A DNA stretch of 64,000 nt from Candidatus Woesearchaeota archaeon (GTDB lineage Archaea > Nanobdellota > Nanobdellia > Woesearchaeales > GCA-2686295): assembly GCA_016784125.1 (NCBI GenBank), contig JADHVI010000001.1, positions 78,417 to 142,416 of the forward strand, read 5' to 3'. Made by a program: the position numbers and the translations under genes. This document shows positions 63,123 through 64,000 of the stretch, piece by piece. The notes below the pieces were generated by a model. That model made no database searches, had not been told where the DNA came from, and worked only from the letters and a program-made list of their open reading frames with translations. The stretch's first letter is position 1; each line of letters opens with the position of its first letter.

Positions 63123-64000
63123 ATGAAAGCATTAGTTATATCTGTAGCGGGAATTGGCAATACTTTAATGGCCACTCCTTTAATACATGAGCTGAGGAAG
63201 CAAGGTAAAGAAGTCCACGTTCTAGTCGGCAATAAGCCGGGTGCAGAAGCTCTGAAAAACAACGATGACGTTAAAAAAGTCATTATCATGAGCAAGAGCA
63301 AATTCAAAGCTCTCCTGCCTAATCTTCGTCTGTTACGATCTTTAAAGAAAGCCAATTACGATGAAAGCTACATGGTTTTTCCAGGAAATAGATGGTTCTT
63401 CAATCTGATTTCTTTCTTAGCAGGTGCAAAGAAAAGATATGCTCATCGTTATCCAAACAAAAATTTTCGTTCTCTTTCGTTCTTGAACAGTAAGTTAGTT
63501 GAAATGCAAAAAACTCATGATGTTATTCAAAATCTAAATTTGCTGGAAAAAGGTTACAAGAATTCCAAACCCAGAATGGTTCTAAACGCAGGATCTGTTA
63601 AAAAGAAGGCAATAATTGGTATTCATCCGGGTAGCAGCACTGCTTCTGATATGGAGATGAAGCGCTGGCCTGAAAAATATTATGCAGAACTCATAAACAA
63701 GCTCAAATATCCTGTCAGAGTATTTATCGGACCTGACGAAGAAGATTCATTTAAGCTCCTCAAGAAATACTTGACAAGAGAGGTTGAAGAGATAAGGGAA
63801 AAGTCCATATTCAAAGTTGCAAAAAAAATAAAAGAATGCAAGCAGTTCATTGCAAATGATTCTGGTCTGATGCACATTGCAACTGCAGTTGAAGTTCCTG
63901 TTATAGGCATATTTGGTCCTACTGATCCTATGAGAAATGATCCTTTTACAGACAATAAAATTGTCTTGACACATAAAATGTCATGTCAACCCTGCAGTCA
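63123..64000 (+). CDS. GT9-family glycosyltransferase (heptosyltransferase-like) 2; C-terminus outside the window
   Basis: Absent from the ORF track because it runs off the window. The ATG at 63123 reads MKALVISVAGIGNTLMATPLIHELRKQGKEVHVLV...IGIHPGSS...KRWPEKYYAELI...ANDSGLMHIATAVEVPVIGIFGPTDPMRNDPF. Confidence 0.8.
   Translation, partial: MKALVISVAGIGNTLMATPLIHELRKQGKEVHVLVGNKPGAEALKNNDDVKKVIIMSKSKFKALLPNLRLLRSLKKANYDESYMVFPGNRWFFNLISFLAGAKKRYAHRYPNKNFRSLSFLNSKLVEMQKTHDVIQNLNLLEKGYKNSKPRMVLNAGSVKKKAIIGIHPGSSTASDMEMKRWPEKYYAELINKLKYPVRVFIGPDEEDSFKLLKKYLTREVEEIREKSIFKVAKKIKECKQFIANDSGLMHIATAVEVPVIGIFGPTDPMRNDPFTDNKIVLTHKMSCQPCS

Noticed and set aside
1-64000. CRISPR arrays, transposases/integrases, prophage or other mobile elements, tRNA genes
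   Set aside because: Reading the intergenic regions (all under 260 nt), I saw no regularly spaced direct repeats, no cloverleaf-compatible GC-rich segments other than the 5S gene and the 18.4-kb island, and no recognisable recombinase motifs. A computational repeat and tRNA scan (tRNAscan-SE, minced) would be the decisive check.
1-64000. Alternative genetic code (TGA or TAG reassignment)
   Set aside because: All three stop codons close ORFs at the C-termini of well-conserved or full-length-looking proteins: TGA in ugd and rnz, TAA in alaS and the paralog-C lipoprotein, and TAG in nrdJ. No conserved protein appears interrupted.

Overview
The window is AT-rich (I estimate GC in the low 30s percent), very gene-dense and clearly archaeal. 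Hallmark genes include Pelota, RFC small subunit, archaeal AlaRS, PAN, FEN1, EndA, RNase Z, an HMf-type histone, Hjc, MBF1, Trm5 and AglB/STT3. The compact layout, frequent Shine-Dalgarno-like GGAGGTG sites, bacterial-type lipoboxes and scarcity of core metabolism suggest a DPANN-like lineage; that placement is inference. I found no CRISPR array, transposase, integrase or tRNA. The only RNA gene I can support is an orphan 5S rRNA on the minus strand at 44124..44237, with its own TATA box and oligo-T terminator. Four regions deserve a second look. (1) 1568..7967 is a five-gene co-directional envelope cluster. It encodes a signal-anchored protein with three internal repeats, a polytopic membrane protein, and three lipobox paralogs that share a cysteine-patterned two-domain module. 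I cannot assign it to any characterised system, and it is my best candidate for the undescribed system. (2) 44.3..64 kb is a glycan island of at least 20 kb built around AglB. It contains a tightly coupled four-gene heptose-nucleotide operon in which GmhA and GmhB appear to be replaced by a PMI-like cupin and a DUF89 phosphatase, and two GT9 heptosyltransferases flank AglB. (3) 33.5..37.6 kb is an nrdR-nrdJ-cobA operon with an upstream palindrome. It pairs a bacterial-type regulator and a B12-dependent RNR with the enzyme that makes the RNR cofactor. (4) 26.9..31.7 kb holds two tandem GT-C-like membrane proteins, a secreted CxxC thioredoxin-like protein and a processive QxxRW GT2 synthase. All calls rest on my own reading of the translations; no database search was run.
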